A stretch of 52,647 nt of DNA, from IMG/VR virus record IMGVR_UViG_3300049846_001015, positions 1 through 52,647 of that record, one strand, 5' to 3'. Numbering within the stretch: position 1 is the stretch's first letter; every line of letters starts with the position of its first letter. The notes under the pieces are model-generated. The model ran no database searches. It was given only the letters and a program-made list of their open reading frames with translations, and was not told where the DNA came from. Both the position numbers and the translations under genes were made by a program. Of the stretch, positions 24,877-35,092 are shown in pieces. This stretch comes from a virus. Taxonomy: Duplodnaviria > Caudoviricetes.

Positions 24877-26759
24877 TTAGCCTCACCCCACTTGGAAACA
24901 ACTTTGATTTCAGCGCGAATCGGAATACCTAAGTCGATTGAATTTTCCATCGCTTCTCGTTTGATCTCAATCGTTTGGTCAATAAGGTCATTAGGGACTT
25001 CCGTAACAAGTTCGTCGTGAACCATGTTAATCAGCTTGACCCGGCCCCACAGCCCTGCCTCTCTGAGAAGCTTCCGGTATCTGACCATGCAAAGTTGCAC
25101 CAGATGCACCGTGGATGCTTGGACCGGGAAATTGATAAGTTGTTTCAGGGAATGAGTTTGGAATTGCTTAATTTCATTCTTCGGGATTCTTCGTCGGCGT
25201 CCGAACAAGTCTCGGATTTCGCCGGTAGTTAGGAGTGTCCGGCGCATCGAACGATGCCACGCGGCAAGGGTTTTACGCCCCCGCATAATACGGTTGATAA
25301 CCTCCTCGCACTCGTCCAGGCTCAAACGGGGGTGAAGTTCCTTCAAACGGATAGCCGACCCCGCGTATAGGACAAGAAAATTGATTTCCTTCCCATCTGC
25401 CCGAGTCATTCCAAGTTCTTTCGGGAGGTAGTCGAGAACTTGGGAGTGCAAATCGAGACCATGCCAAAACGCGGGATTCCCTTTCTTCCAAGCCCGCTCA
25501 TCCTCCTCTACCCCGCACTTAGGGCAAGAATGCTGGATAGCGGAGTTCTCTCCGGAGGCTCCACAGATGGTGCATTTCCAGCAAGTGTACGCTTTCAGTA
25601 AGTCCGGCTCTTGGGAAATCAAGCCGCCAATTCTCAACTCAATTTGAGAATAGTCGGCCACTATCAAACTATGACCCACGGGGGGAACAAAAGCGTCCCG
25701 AATTCGCAGTCCATCGAAGGATTCCCGAAGCTTCTTGTCGTGTACGATATTACCGCCGAGACTCGTCGGCATGTTCTGTAAGTTCGGACCGCTAGATCGG
25801 AGCCGACCCGTCTTGCTAGTAAGCCAGAAACTCGCATGGATTCTTCCGTCCTTGTTTTCTTTTGTCTGAGTAGTGCAGGGCTCTAGGTAGGTGGAAATCA
25901 TCTTGTCGCAAGTTCGGTATGCAACGATTTTCTCGCATACCGCGTATTTCTTGGCAAGATGAACCATCGCGGCGGCGTCCACCGACCACCGTTTACCGCT
26001 CTTTGTTTTGGCGATGCCCGACGTGGAATACCCAAGTTCTCCGAAAAGGCGGTTGGCTATCTGGTCCCCAGAGTTCAAATCCAAACGACCAATCTTCTCA
26101 TGGACCTCCCTCTCCAATTTTTCACGCAGAAGGACGAATTTGGCGTAAAGATCGCGGCATTCGTCCAAGCTCCAGCTTACCCCGAAACCTTCCAGATCCG
26201 TGAAACAGATTAGGGAGGGCATAAGGATCTTGGTATAGATATTCCAAAACCCTTCGGCTTGTAGCTGGGGTTTGAACATCGCGTAAAGCCGAAGTTCCGC
26301 TATAACGTCATTGAGAGCATATTGACGAAAGCGGGGAGAGTCCAATCCTTCGGAAGAGGCTTCCTTGAAGTCCTCCATCTCCATCCCCAGTAGTCTCGGC
26401 GCGAGTTTCTTCAAGCCAAGACCGCTCTCGTCAACATTCTCATCCAAGAGATTAGCCGCCACCATCGTACAGCGGATTTCCGGGTCCGGCCACTGAATTC
26501 CGGATTCCCTTAAACAGTGGAGATCGTACTGCGCGTGGTGGGCGACTATCTCTAGGTCGGGGATGAAAGTCGAGTTGACAATTTCCTTAATTCTGCCCAA
26601 ATCCGTGACATATTCGCTATGAATCCCCTCAGCCGTGAAGGTAGCGAATCCGCATCCGTGCAGGACAAATCCCTTTTTAGTCCAGTGGGTGCCGGGATCG
26701 TGTTCCACGTCGAAACACAGCACCTTGGACTTATGGGCCAACTCGACGATATCCCCCAT
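24873..26759 (-). CDS. polA: DNA polymerase family A (3'-5' exonuclease plus polymerase)
   Basis: FDVE and YALND exonuclease motifs, TGRLRSSGPNLQN, ADYSQIELR, K.INF..LY, NFPVQ, VHDEL. Confidence 0.95.
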   Translation of the reverse strand: MGDIVELAHKSKVLCFDVEHDPGTHWTKKGFVLHGCGFATFTAEGIHSEYVTDLGRIKEIVNSTFIPDLEIVAHHAQYDLHCLRESGIQWPDPEIRCTMVAANLLDENVDESGLGLKKLAPRLLGMEMEDFKEASSEGLDSPRFRQYALNDVIAELRLYAMFKPQLQAEGFWNIYTKILMPSLICFTDLEGFGVSWSLDECRDLYAKFVLLREKLEREVHEKIGRLDLNSGDQIANRLFGELGYSTSGIAKTKSGKRWSVDAAAMVHLAKKYAVCEKIVAYRTCDKMISTYLEPCTTQTKENKDGRIHASFWLTSKTGRLRSSGPNLQNMPTSLGGNIVHDKKLRESFDGLRIRDAFVPPVGHSLIVADYSQIELRIGGLISQEPDLLKAYTCWKCTICGASGENSAIQHSCPKCGVEEDERAWKKGNPAFWHGLDLHSQVLDYLPKELGMTRADGKEINFLVLYAGSAIRLKELHPRLSLDECEEVINRIMRGRKTLAAWHRSMRRTLLTTGEIRDLFGRRRRIPKNEIKQFQTHSLKQLINFPVQASTVHLVQLCMVRYRKLLREAGLWGRVKLINMVHDELVTEVPNDLIDQTIEIKREAMENSIDLGIPIRAEIKVVSKWGEAK

Positions 26760-26760
26760 A

Positions 26761-27453
26761 CTACTTCACCTTATCCCAGGCTACTTGAGTATTTTGCGCC
26801 GGGGCCGCTTCCAGATCCGCCGCGATCTGAGCAATTTCGGCCTCGTCCACAACCAACAAAGACAACAATTCGTCCGGGGTGAACGGTTTGTTGTGCTCCT
26901 TGTACTCGGCGGACTCAAGATCGACCCGCTTGAGGAAATCCATTGTATCGCCGGTCGATGGGGGCTTCATGCCCTTTGTTTCCTCCCCGCGACTTACGCG
27001 GAAAAGGCATCCTCGGAAATCCGTCTCGTACTCCTCGCGGAGAAGCGCCCGTTTAGGGAGAATGACTTTCTCCAAAACATAAGGAGAGGCGGGAAAGACC
27101 TTCCGAGTCATTGGAACCTCGGTGCCGTCCTGCCGCTTGTACGGTCGGAGATCGAGAATGGAGAAGTAGTAGTAGACTTCCGCCTTGAGCTTCTTGTTGC
27201 CGGTCCGCTTGTGGACTTCGCAAATGGGACAAGTCTTGCCTGCGGGCGCTGAGCAGGGCACGTTTACCGTATGCTCGCGGACGCCCCAGATCCGATGGAT
27301 TCGGATGTTCGTAACATCGCCGCCGTCATTGAGAAAGACGACTTTGGCGCTTTCGCCGTACTTGAGAGAGAAGTTGAAGATCTTGCTGGAATCAAAAGTG
27401 TTGCGGGGTTCCGGTTTGTAATTATCCAGAGAGCCGCTTTGGAACCAAGTCAT
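26761..27453 (-). CDS. single-stranded DNA-binding protein (gp32-like, zinc-binding)
   Basis: H...C......CPICE, position in the replication module, acidic C-terminal region. Confidence 0.65.
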   Translation of the reverse strand: MTWFQSGSLDNYKPEPRNTFDSSKIFNFSLKYGESAKVVFLNDGGDVTNIRIHRIWGVREHTVNVPCSAPAGKTCPICEVHKRTGNKKLKAEVYYYFSILDLRPYKRQDGTEVPMTRKVFPASPYVLEKVILPKRALLREEYETDFRGCLFRVSRGEETKGMKPPSTGDTMDFLKRVDLESAEYKEHNKPFTPDELLSLLVVDEAEIAQIAADLEAAPAQNTQVAWDKVK

Positions 27454-27455
27454 AG

Positions 27456-28331
27456 TTACCTCGAAAAGATAGAGTAGAAAGTATCCCTGTTCATTGCCCC
27501 GACATCGAGATTTTCGTCAGGCCAAACGGCGCGGGTAAGTCCGTAATCGGAATCCTCCAAAAGACGCTGAACTGTTTCAAATCCTTTTCTGCCTGCTGGA
27601 TCTTGGTCGAACCAGCAATGAATCCTTTTCCCGGTATCCGCAATCAAAATAGCTTGATCTCTTGTAAGGTTTGCAGTCCATGTGCAGCAAACGTCGAATC
27701 CAAGATCTCTAGCCCACTGATAGCAATTGAGGAGATCGGTAAATCCTTCAACGAGGGCAAGTTTGCCTCTAGTCGGCGAGAATTTCTGGATTCCCCCAAC
27801 GGTTCGGCCAGTAGGAAAGTTGAAGTAATTATGGTGCCGACGACCTTCAATGCCCCTGCCGACGCATCCAACGAGGTTTCCGGAAGGTTCGTAGACAGGA
27901 AAGACAATCGCCCTCCGGGAAGTGTCAAATCGTAATGAGAAGTGCTCAATACACCCCAAATCGAATCCACGACCTGCCAGATAAGCCTTTCCGCTGTCGG
28001 GTATATCAGAGAAAACCGAGAGCAGTCCGGGGTCCAGGGCTTGCAAAGGCTCATTTTCTTTTTCTCGCATGCTCAACGACAAGTTTAGTAACTCAGGATC
28101 TTCACGCTCACTGGGAGTCAAGCCAAGAAGACTGTGTAAGGACTCTTTCCGTCCGCATGAGTAACACTTGCCATAATTTATGTCCGGCCAAACTGCAAAA
28201 GAGGGGTTCCGATCCGTCCCCCCAGAATGACTCTGCTTGGCGTATGGGCATGAGATTAAGTATCCTTTTCCGGCTTTTTTCCACCGCCAGCCCAACCGTT
28301 CGAAGGCGGCTTCAACTTGCTCGGGGTTCAA
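27456..28331 (-). CDS. DNA primase (zinc finger plus TOPRIM)
   Basis: CPY...H..DRNPSF...CYSC; LVEGFTD; FDQD.AG. Confidence 0.9.
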   Translation of the reverse strand: MNPEQVEAAFERLGWRWKKAGKGYLISCPYAKQSHSGGTDRNPSFAVWPDINYGKCYSCGRKESLHSLLGLTPSEREDPELLNLSLSMREKENEPLQALDPGLLSVFSDIPDSGKAYLAGRGFDLGCIEHFSLRFDTSRRAIVFPVYEPSGNLVGCVGRGIEGRRHHNYFNFPTGRTVGGIQKFSPTRGKLALVEGFTDLLNCYQWARDLGFDVCCTWTANLTRDQAILIADTGKRIHCWFDQDPAGRKGFETVQRLLEDSDYGLTRAVWPDENLDVGAMNRDTFYSIFSR

Positions 28332-28383
28332 TTTATCTTACCTCTTTTGGGGGGAGTCAATCAACAGAGAAAATTCGATTTTC

Positions 28384-29625
28384 TCAAAATTCGATCTCAA
28401 TTTCTCCCGCATCCTCGGGGATCTCGTCGAAGCTCATATACTCCCGGTCGGAGCGGATATAGAACTCGGTTTTCTTGTCCGCCGTATCTCCCGAGTCTCG
28501 CATCTTTAACACAATGATTTTTGTGCGGTTGAGCATCAAATCGTCCTCATCCTGCATTAACGCAATCGAAGTGGCGGGGTCAATAATCCACTCCTTACCG
28601 TATCGAGCGCTGTAACCGAGTTCCCGACTCCCCGTAGCGCGGGTGGGAGGATTTAGCTGAGAAGAGACCAGCCACGGAAGATTGGTGTGCGCCGCTGCGG
28701 AATGTAGAGAGTCGATGACTTTCTTCGTCTCCGCATGACCCCCCTCAGTAGAGGAATCGGAAAGCTTATACCCCCCGTCCACTACGACGAAACTGGGATT
28801 TTCCACCGCCACGACTTGAAGAATATCGGCCACGGAATCAATTTGCTGCCGACCATAGAGAAGAATGTCCCCGGGCTTGTCTTTCTCGGCTTGCATTTGC
28901 TCCCGCCACGTTCGCTCGGCTCGGAAATCCGCGCGTCCCGTTCTAATATCATTAAACGGAATCTTGTAAGCCAAAGCGTCGAGCCGCCGCTCGAAAGACT
29001 CTACAGAGTTCTCCATAGTCACCAGAATGACCTTCTCGCCCTTATTCATGGCGTGGTGAGCCAAAACGCAGCAAGCCCACGACTTTCCGGTATTAGTAGG
29101 AGCCAAGAGGGAGTTGAACGTGCCATTTTCCCATCGGAAGAACAGAGCTTCGAGAGAGGGCCAGGGAATACTAACCCCCTGAACCCCTACCGTCTTACGA
29201 TGCTCATATTCTTTGAATCGGCGGTCCCCGTCTTGCCGGAAAGATCGCCGGTCTTTGACCTGAATTTCGGGGAGATTCCGCAGTTCGGCCAACGCCCCAG
29301 TTGTGTTGCCGTTTTGAAGATGGGAAATCGCATCTTGCAATTTCTCTTTGATCCGCTTCCCGAGAATGGAATCGCGGATATTATCAAGAGCGAAGGCTTT
29401 CGTGCCAACGTCGGGAAGGGAAATTCCCGTCATCTCCGAAACAATAGCCGGAGTGGGGAAGTCCTTGTGCTTGGCTTCGTAGCTCTTGATCCAAAGATAG
29501 ACCACTTCGCTGTCGCCAAAAAAATCGACTCCTCGGATTCCGTTATCGGAGAGGAGTGACCAATCTTTTTCTAGCAACAGTAGGTGGAGGAATCTTAGGC
29601 CAGCCGAATCACGCTTTAAGCTCAC
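28384..29625 (-). CDS. dnaB: DnaB-like replicative helicase
   Basis: APTNTGKS, V..MEN, VVVDG, SQLN and K.RD motifs. Confidence 0.85.
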   Translation of the reverse strand: MSLKRDSAGLRFLHLLLLEKDWSLLSDNGIRGVDFFGDSEVVYLWIKSYEAKHKDFPTPAIVSEMTGISLPDVGTKAFALDNIRDSILGKRIKEKLQDAISHLQNGNTTGALAELRNLPEIQVKDRRSFRQDGDRRFKEYEHRKTVGVQGVSIPWPSLEALFFRWENGTFNSLLAPTNTGKSWACCVLAHHAMNKGEKVILVTMENSVESFERRLDALAYKIPFNDIRTGRADFRAERTWREQMQAEKDKPGDILLYGRQQIDSVADILQVVAVENPSFVVVDGGYKLSDSSTEGGHAETKKVIDSLHSAAAHTNLPWLVSSQLNPPTRATGSRELGYSARYGKEWIIDPATSIALMQDEDDLMLNRTKIIVLKMRDSGDTADKKTEFYIRSDREYMSFDEIPEDAGEIEIEF

Positions 29626-30190
29626 TTCTAAAATCCCTGTGGTTTATCAATAATTTCGTAAATCCTTCGTTCAGCAAACTCGCTATCGCGGGGGAGTTAG
29701 CCCGCAGAGTCCCCGCATCTTCGTTGGTCGTGATTATCGTCGAGAGACGATTATCAATTCGGCGGCGAATTAAGAACTCTACTGTAGTTTCGATAAAATC
29801 CGACTTCCTGGCCCCGGCGCTGCGGATTATCAAATCGTCGAGAACCAAAAGAGGGACTTGCTGCGCTCGCTGCCACATCGACAAGTTCTCTGAGAACATA
29901 TAGTCGTCCTCTCGGATCTTGTAGTCTGTCAGCATCTCGCAGGAAACCCACAACCCTAAAATGGACTTCGAGAGGGCGGCTTTCATTACGATTGCGGCGC
30001 TACCCGACTTCCCGTAGCCAAATCGCCCAAACAGCAGGAGGTTTTTACCGTCCTCCACGTTCGCTTTGACGTTTACCGCCCACTCCCGCAAACCATCTTT
30101 GTATGGCGCGGCGTCAGGAATCTCAGAGAGTTTACACTCCCAATGATTTCTCGGCAAACGAATATGGTTTAGCAGACTTTCGAGGTTCAC
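29609..30190 (-). CDS. DnaC/IstB-like helicase loader ATPase
   Basis: LLLFGRFGYGKS, LLVLDDL, TIITTN. Confidence 0.85.
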   Translation of the reverse strand: MNLESLLNHIRLPRNHWECKLSEIPDAAPYKDGLREWAVNVKANVEDGKNLLLFGRFGYGKSGSAAIVMKAALSKSILGLWVSCEMLTDYKIREDDYMFSENLSMWQRAQQVPLLVLDDLIIRSAGARKSDFIETTVEFLIRRRIDNRLSTIITTNEDAGTLRANSPAIASLLNEGFTKLLINHRDFRSELKA

Positions 30191-30537
30191 TTAGTCCTCA
30201 AGCTGTCAAAAAAATCAGGTCTGAGATAGGCTTCGTACAATCGAGTTAGCCGGGTTATCATCTCGGGGGGCCAGCCAGTGGCGTCGAGAGCTTTCCGAAA
30301 TTTCTCTGGGGTGAAGCTGTCTTTCCGCAAGTAAAACAAGTTCCACCAGAGGGGAGTCAAACTGTCGGAAATGAATCCGCAATCTTCAATCAATCCCAAG
30401 TTATGGAGACTTTGGAGAATACCACAAATGTAGAAAAAGTCAGTGTATGCCGGGCTCTCGGCCATTTTAGCCAGAGCGGCCACCTGCGGATATTTGTGGT
30501 TCTCCGGTACAATAAACTCAAGGCGTCTCACTTCCAT
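30187..30537 (-). CDS. hypothetical protein
   Basis: 116-aa coupled ORF. Confidence 0.6.
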   Translation of the reverse strand: MEVRRLEFIVPENHKYPQVAALAKMAESPAYTDFFYICGILQSLHNLGLIEDCGFISDSLTPLWWNLFYLRKDSFTPEKFRKALDATGWPPEMITRLTRLYEAYLRPDFFDSLRTK

Positions 30538-31088
30538 TCTTGGTACTCGCGGTCGCCTCGGTGGGACGCGGCGAGCTTCGCCTTTTGACTTTCATTGTAT
30601 TCATCGGCGAGTCGCTTGAAAACCTTTGCCGTAACGAACTGGCGTAAGTTCACGTTAGTTTTGTTGGCCTCGGCTAATTTCATTATGAAATCATCCGAGT
30701 AATGGGACTGGAGTTTCTGGAGGGGGAACTGGAGACTCGAATACTCCTCCCGATTGAGGGGATCGAAAATATCCGCTAGAGCGTAGATACTGAGTCCAAC
30801 AAATCGCCGCCCCGTTCCCTGTTGCAAAACCTTGGGAGTTTCCGGCTTTCTTCGATACAAAGGCCAGTTGTTCTCCTCAAAGACGATCTTCACTTCGTCG
30901 CTCACCCGTTCGTACTTGAGCAACTGCGATTCGGCGCATTCGGTCAAGTAGTTGAAATCCACTTCGGCGGCGCGAACGTAAAGATGAGGTTGATTCTTGC
31001 CTTCAAGTTCCCATCTGGAAAGGAGTTGAACGAAAGGCCAGATATCGTCGCCGTGGGTCCGAATCAAAAGAGCAAGATCTCGGTTCAT
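30528..31088 (-). CDS. hypothetical protein, possibly replication initiator-related
   Basis: Upstream of the loader; function inferred from position only. Confidence 0.55.
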   Translation of the reverse strand: MNRDLALLIRTHGDDIWPFVQLLSRWELEGKNQPHLYVRAAEVDFNYLTECAESQLLKYERVSDEVKIVFEENNWPLYRRKPETPKVLQQGTGRRFVGLSIYALADIFDPLNREEYSSLQFPLQKLQSHYSDDFIMKLAEANKTNVNLRQFVTAKVFKRLADEYNESQKAKLAASHRGDREYQEWK

Positions 31089-33055
31089 GCAATCAAAGTC
31101 CTCGTCAATTTTATGTTCGAAATCCTGTACGAACTATTAACTCCGCCTGGGACGTTCCAGGTAAAAGAATCGTTGGCGAAAGCCGGATTGAATGCGTAAG
31201 AAGCCGATCCTGTCCCTGAAAGCGTATCGCTGCCAGTGGGGTAGGTAAATTCAAGCACATTCATTCCCTCTTCCATGTCGTAGTCGAAGCTGACAGTATA
31301 ACTTCCCCCGATAGCCATTCCCACTTTATTAAGTGTGAAGTAGGAATCAGTCCCGTCCTCAGTCGTGTATAGCCACCCGATATCATTCTCAAGACCAGCC
31401 CCACCTTCAAGACCCAAAGCGGAAACAAGAGCGGGAATCAGCGAAGAATTCCCGTCACCGGCGCAGTAGGTATCAAACAAATTACCGGAGGTGTAGGTAG
31501 TTCCGCCGAGACAGCCGACATCCCACACGACCAGCTTTTGAGTAGCTTTGGGACCGTCGGAATCGTAATCAATCGTCATGCTGGCGATGATTCCCTTTAC
31601 CTCTCGGATTCCGCATTCAACAGTCTCGGGAAGCTCGAAAACTACCATCTGATTGAGACGGAGGCAGGGAAGATATGCTACTTCGATATTCCAAGCGTGG
31701 CTTTCCATGCTGAGTTCTTGGAACCGCCGAATAGCCAGATTGAACAAGTGTTCCCTATGGACGATGTACTTGTTTTCATGGTCCTCCTGGGCAATTCCAC
31801 AGGAAGATACGGCGTTGATCTGGGCTACGGCGTCAATCTGCGTGGGAGACCCTTGATCTTCCTGAAAGTCGGTAGAAGTTTGATCTTGCGCCGGCCCCCC
31901 GAAGCTGGAGTAGGTGGGCGGAAATCCTTTGTTCACGAAAGACTGAAAGGTGCTAAAGACGACATTCGAAGTTTTCGTTCTTCGAGATTTGTCTTGGGGC
32001 TGGGACTTCGTACTGGCTTCGGATTCGTCCTCTTTGTGCTGACCGTAAAGTAGAATCTTACCAGTGGTGGTTTGGTCGTCAAACCACGTTCCGTCCTGCT
32101 TAACAACTTTCACAGCGACGTTGCCGTCTTGAATTCTCTCGACTTCCTGGACCTCGGTAACGTCAGATGACCAAATTCCATTCTTAATGTCGGACTCATT
32201 AGCCGCTAGGTTATCAAGATTGACCTTCATCGTGGGAGTCGGGATTCCACTCCGCTGACACATCGAGAAGAATCCGGGGCGACTAGCGTAGCCCCCGGAA
32301 TTAGCAGCGTTTCTAGCGTCGGTGAAAGGTTTTAACCCGCAGTCATATTTAGATAGTTCGGCCCCACGAAACCTAACGATTGAAGTACGGGTGGGAGTTC
32401 TTTCAGCTTTTTCCGCGCTGACAATCCAATCCCGAGAAATATAGACTTCGGGAGAGTTGGAGTCGTCCTTCCAAGGCTCAACTGTAAGAACCCCGCCGAC
32501 TTGAACGAACAAATGAGAGTACCCGGCTTGAGCGACTAGTCGCATTTCTTCGTATAGGGAACTTCCCTCAACCGGACCCATAACTACGTTAGGGGTTACC
32601 GGGGAGAAGCTTCTAATGGTATTGGGAATTCCCGCGTAGTAGTCCGCAATCGTCTCAAGTACGGTATTTACTTGAGTGAGGTTGAACCGCTGCGTACTGA
32701 TTGGCTTTTGCGCCAAATGCGTGAAGAAGGAAGAAACCGTCCCGGAAATTTCCGAGACGGGTTCAATCTTCTCCTGCGAAGCCGTCATAACCCCATTGAC
32801 CCACTTCGTAGTCGGCGCTACGGAAAAACAACTCTCATACCCCTCCGGAAGTTCTTCGCAGCAAGGATAGGCCACGGTTGCATCGAGAACAACCGAAACG
32901 GGTCGGCAAAGACCTTCGCAGGTCAATTCGTACTGACAGTTGTTATTAGCGAATTCAACAGTCGCATTAAACCCGCCGTTTAGGACGTAAGTAGCGCTGA
33001 AACGGAGGAGCGCTTGAGAGTCGCTCGGATTAGTGATTTGACAGGCTTCGGCCAT
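31085..33055 (-). CDS. putative tail tip/baseplate hub-like structural protein
   Basis: ~656-aa beta-rich ORF; ENKYI...LAIR...YLPCLRLNQMV...GII resembles phage hub C-termini; start taken at ATG 33055. Confidence 0.55.
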   Translation of the reverse strand: MAEACQITNPSDSQALLRFSATYVLNGGFNATVEFANNNCQYELTCEGLCRPVSVVLDATVAYPCCEELPEGYESCFSVAPTTKWVNGVMTASQEKIEPVSEISGTVSSFFTHLAQKPISTQRFNLTQVNTVLETIADYYAGIPNTIRSFSPVTPNVVMGPVEGSSLYEEMRLVAQAGYSHLFVQVGGVLTVEPWKDDSNSPEVYISRDWIVSAEKAERTPTRTSIVRFRGAELSKYDCGLKPFTDARNAANSGGYASRPGFFSMCQRSGIPTPTMKVNLDNLAANESDIKNGIWSSDVTEVQEVERIQDGNVAVKVVKQDGTWFDDQTTTGKILLYGQHKEDESEASTKSQPQDKSRRTKTSNVVFSTFQSFVNKGFPPTYSSFGGPAQDQTSTDFQEDQGSPTQIDAVAQINAVSSCGIAQEDHENKYIVHREHLFNLAIRRFQELSMESHAWNIEVAYLPCLRLNQMVVFELPETVECGIREVKGIIASMTIDYDSDGPKATQKLVVWDVGCLGGTTYTSGNLFDTYCAGDGNSSLIPALVSALGLEGGAGLENDIGWLYTTEDGTDSYFTLNKVGMAIGGSYTVSFDYDMEEGMNVLEFTYPTGSDTLSGTGSASYAFNPAFANDSFTWNVPGGVNSSYRISNIKLTRTLIA

Positions 33056-33086
33056 CGCTGTTACCCAAAAGGGGCGCGGAACGAAT

Positions 33087-34736
33087 CTACATCTTGAGAA
33101 GGGCTTCGGGAGTATCCTCACCGATAGTCCAAATTTCGTAATCGAAAAATGGCAGCTTATTCTTCACGATCAATTCGAGATCCGTTCTTCGCTTATGGCT
33201 TCGGGCGAAAACAGCCCTCATCTGTTCGGCTGGGAATCTATCCTGACCCCAGATAAACCGATCCTGCAACCTAGCGACAATCCACTTATAGTCGGAGAAT
33301 CGGTTAAAGATATGAGGCTCGGCGTGAGCAAATGAATCTTGCTCGTCAGTGAAAACCAACATATCCGCAGGAGGCCAGGGATCGAAAATATCTTTCACCT
33401 TAACGTAGGCGTCTTTCTTTTCAGAAGAAGTCGGCTTGTCACTTTGCCCGACGATTGAAACACCGAACTGTACCGCCCAATCAATTGTCTCTCCGTCGTA
33501 ACTGCCCAACTCGAACACAGAGGCTTGCGTAAGAGAAGCAATTCGGGCAACTGACTGCTTCGACCCCCGGAGAGTATGCTGCCTGCGATAACCATATCGG
33601 TGTTTCCCCCAAAAGTCGATTCCCAGATCTTGTTCAAATACCTCTTCCCAAGAGTCGATCAATTGGGATACGGAAAACCGCTCTAGCCGGGAGTCATCAT
33701 ACTTGACCGAGGCAATGGTAGCGGAAGCTTCAACAAATCTTTTGATATCCGGAACCTTCCAAGTCGTCCCCACAGAATATCTAGTGGTAGCTGGGGGAAT
33801 CAAACCCGGATAATCTTCCCCAACAATTTCTGACATAGTTGTGTGGTCGGTAAGTAATTGCGGTAGCCCCGCCGCCATACACTCGGCCACGGTCAGACCC
33901 CAGCCCTCACCGTGAGAGGTATCAATACGCCAATCTGACATATTGATAATCTCGTTCAAGTCCTCAACGGGGAGATGCTTGTTCCAGTCAAATCCCGAGA
34001 ATACTACGTTATCCTCGATCCCATATACTTTCGCCATTTTGCGGAGATTGAATCCGCCGCGAGTTTCTTCCACGTCGGCTTTCGTGTGCGCGAGAAACTG
34101 AATCTCCGGGATGGTCTCTTTCATCCTCGCAACGTAGTCGAACGCGAGATCCCATCCCTTGTGCCAGAAATTTCTGTTGATATTCAGAACCAACGGGGCG
34201 TCGGGAAAAATAGGAACTCGCCAAAGCTTCGACCACTTCTTCCGGAGGGAACTTTTCGAAACATCCAACTTCCTAAACGCGGGATTAACCGCATGATGGA
34301 TAACTCGGTCGCTTTCTGCCCGAGTCCACAACTTCTGAGAAAAGTAGGACAGGTGAATCACCGCGCCCGGAGCAACTCCCCACCAGAGATTCAGCATATC
34401 CTCTGGGACTGTTGATCCTTCGTAGGGAAACCAGTAGTAAATCGGAATATTCGCCGGGGCTACTTTCAGATCCATCCAGCCGTTGATTCTTTGGGCGGAA
34501 TCGAAGAAAATAGCTACGTTAGGCCGGATCTCGGAAAGTACACGGTCAATCCCCGCCGCGTCGTAGGCTTCCGTGCGAATTTCTTCCCAAGGGAAAGCGT
34601 TTTCAGCTACGCCATACGGCTCGCAGACGACAACAACTTCGTGCCCCCGGTCGTGAAATCCTTGAGCTAGGAGTTGAGTTTGCTGCCCGAACCCTGTACC
34701 CCGGTTGGGGGAATTGCTGATAATCGCGATCTTCAC
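33087..34736 (-). CDS. glycosyltransferase family 4 (GT-B) with extra C-terminal domain
   Basis: MKIAIISNSP..GTGFGQQ, NRN.WHKG.D, TSHGEGWGL..AECMAAGLP. Confidence 0.88.
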   Translation of the reverse strand: MKIAIISNSPNRGTGFGQQTQLLAQGFHDRGHEVVVVCEPYGVAENAFPWEEIRTEAYDAAGIDRVLSEIRPNVAIFFDSAQRINGWMDLKVAPANIPIYYWFPYEGSTVPEDMLNLWWGVAPGAVIHLSYFSQKLWTRAESDRVIHHAVNPAFRKLDVSKSSLRKKWSKLWRVPIFPDAPLVLNINRNFWHKGWDLAFDYVARMKETIPEIQFLAHTKADVEETRGGFNLRKMAKVYGIEDNVVFSGFDWNKHLPVEDLNEIINMSDWRIDTSHGEGWGLTVAECMAAGLPQLLTDHTTMSEIVGEDYPGLIPPATTRYSVGTTWKVPDIKRFVEASATIASVKYDDSRLERFSVSQLIDSWEEVFEQDLGIDFWGKHRYGYRRQHTLRGSKQSVARIASLTQASVFELGSYDGETIDWAVQFGVSIVGQSDKPTSSEKKDAYVKVKDIFDPWPPADMLVFTDEQDSFAHAEPHIFNRFSDYKWIVARLQDRFIWGQDRFPAEQMRAVFARSHKRRTDLELIVKNKLPFFDYEIWTIGEDTPEALLKM

Positions 34737-34981
34737 TTCTTTCTCCTATTCGCTATCCAATCCCCGACGGACTCAAAGTATTCTCCACGACCCTCTAAGG
34801 CAGCCAGTCGGCCAGCCATTTTCTGCTTATCGAATTCCGAGAAACAAGTATTGCAGAGACCGTGAAAATTCCACCCCTTGGGAACCCAAGTATCTCCGCA
34901 ACAGCGGCATACGGCGGGCTCGCGGGGTTTTTCCATGTCTCGGTAGAGATTGGAAAGAAATTCGGTTAGAGCATCACTCAT
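34733..34981 (-). CDS. small zinc-finger protein
   Basis: CRCCG...LCNTCF. Confidence 0.55.
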   Translation of the reverse strand: MSDALTEFLSNLYRDMEKPREPAVCRCCGDTWVPKGWNFHGLCNTCFSEFDKQKMAGRLAALEGRGEYFESVGDWIANRRKK

Positions 34982-35019
34982 AGCTTTATGGGCTTTCCGA
35001 AAAACTTGTCGTATCATAA

Positions 35020-35086
35020 AGGCAAGTGCGGGAATCGAACCCGCCTTACGCATCTTGAAACTGCGATGTCTCCCAGAGCACCTGCC
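35020..35086 (-). tRNA. tRNA-like gene with UCA anticodon (putative tRNA-Cys-derived opal decoder), shortened D-arm
   Basis: GGCAGGT/ACTTGCC acceptor with U discriminator; CGCAG-TTTCAAG-ATGCG anticodon arm with a G.A closing mismatch; 4-nt variable loop; GCGGG-TTCGATT-CCCGC T-arm. Confidence 0.7.
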
Positions 35087-35092
35087 CGTAGC

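Noticed and set aside
35020-35086. Canonical tRNA-Sec (selC)
   Set aside because: No long variable arm or extended D-stem, and the discriminator is U rather than G.
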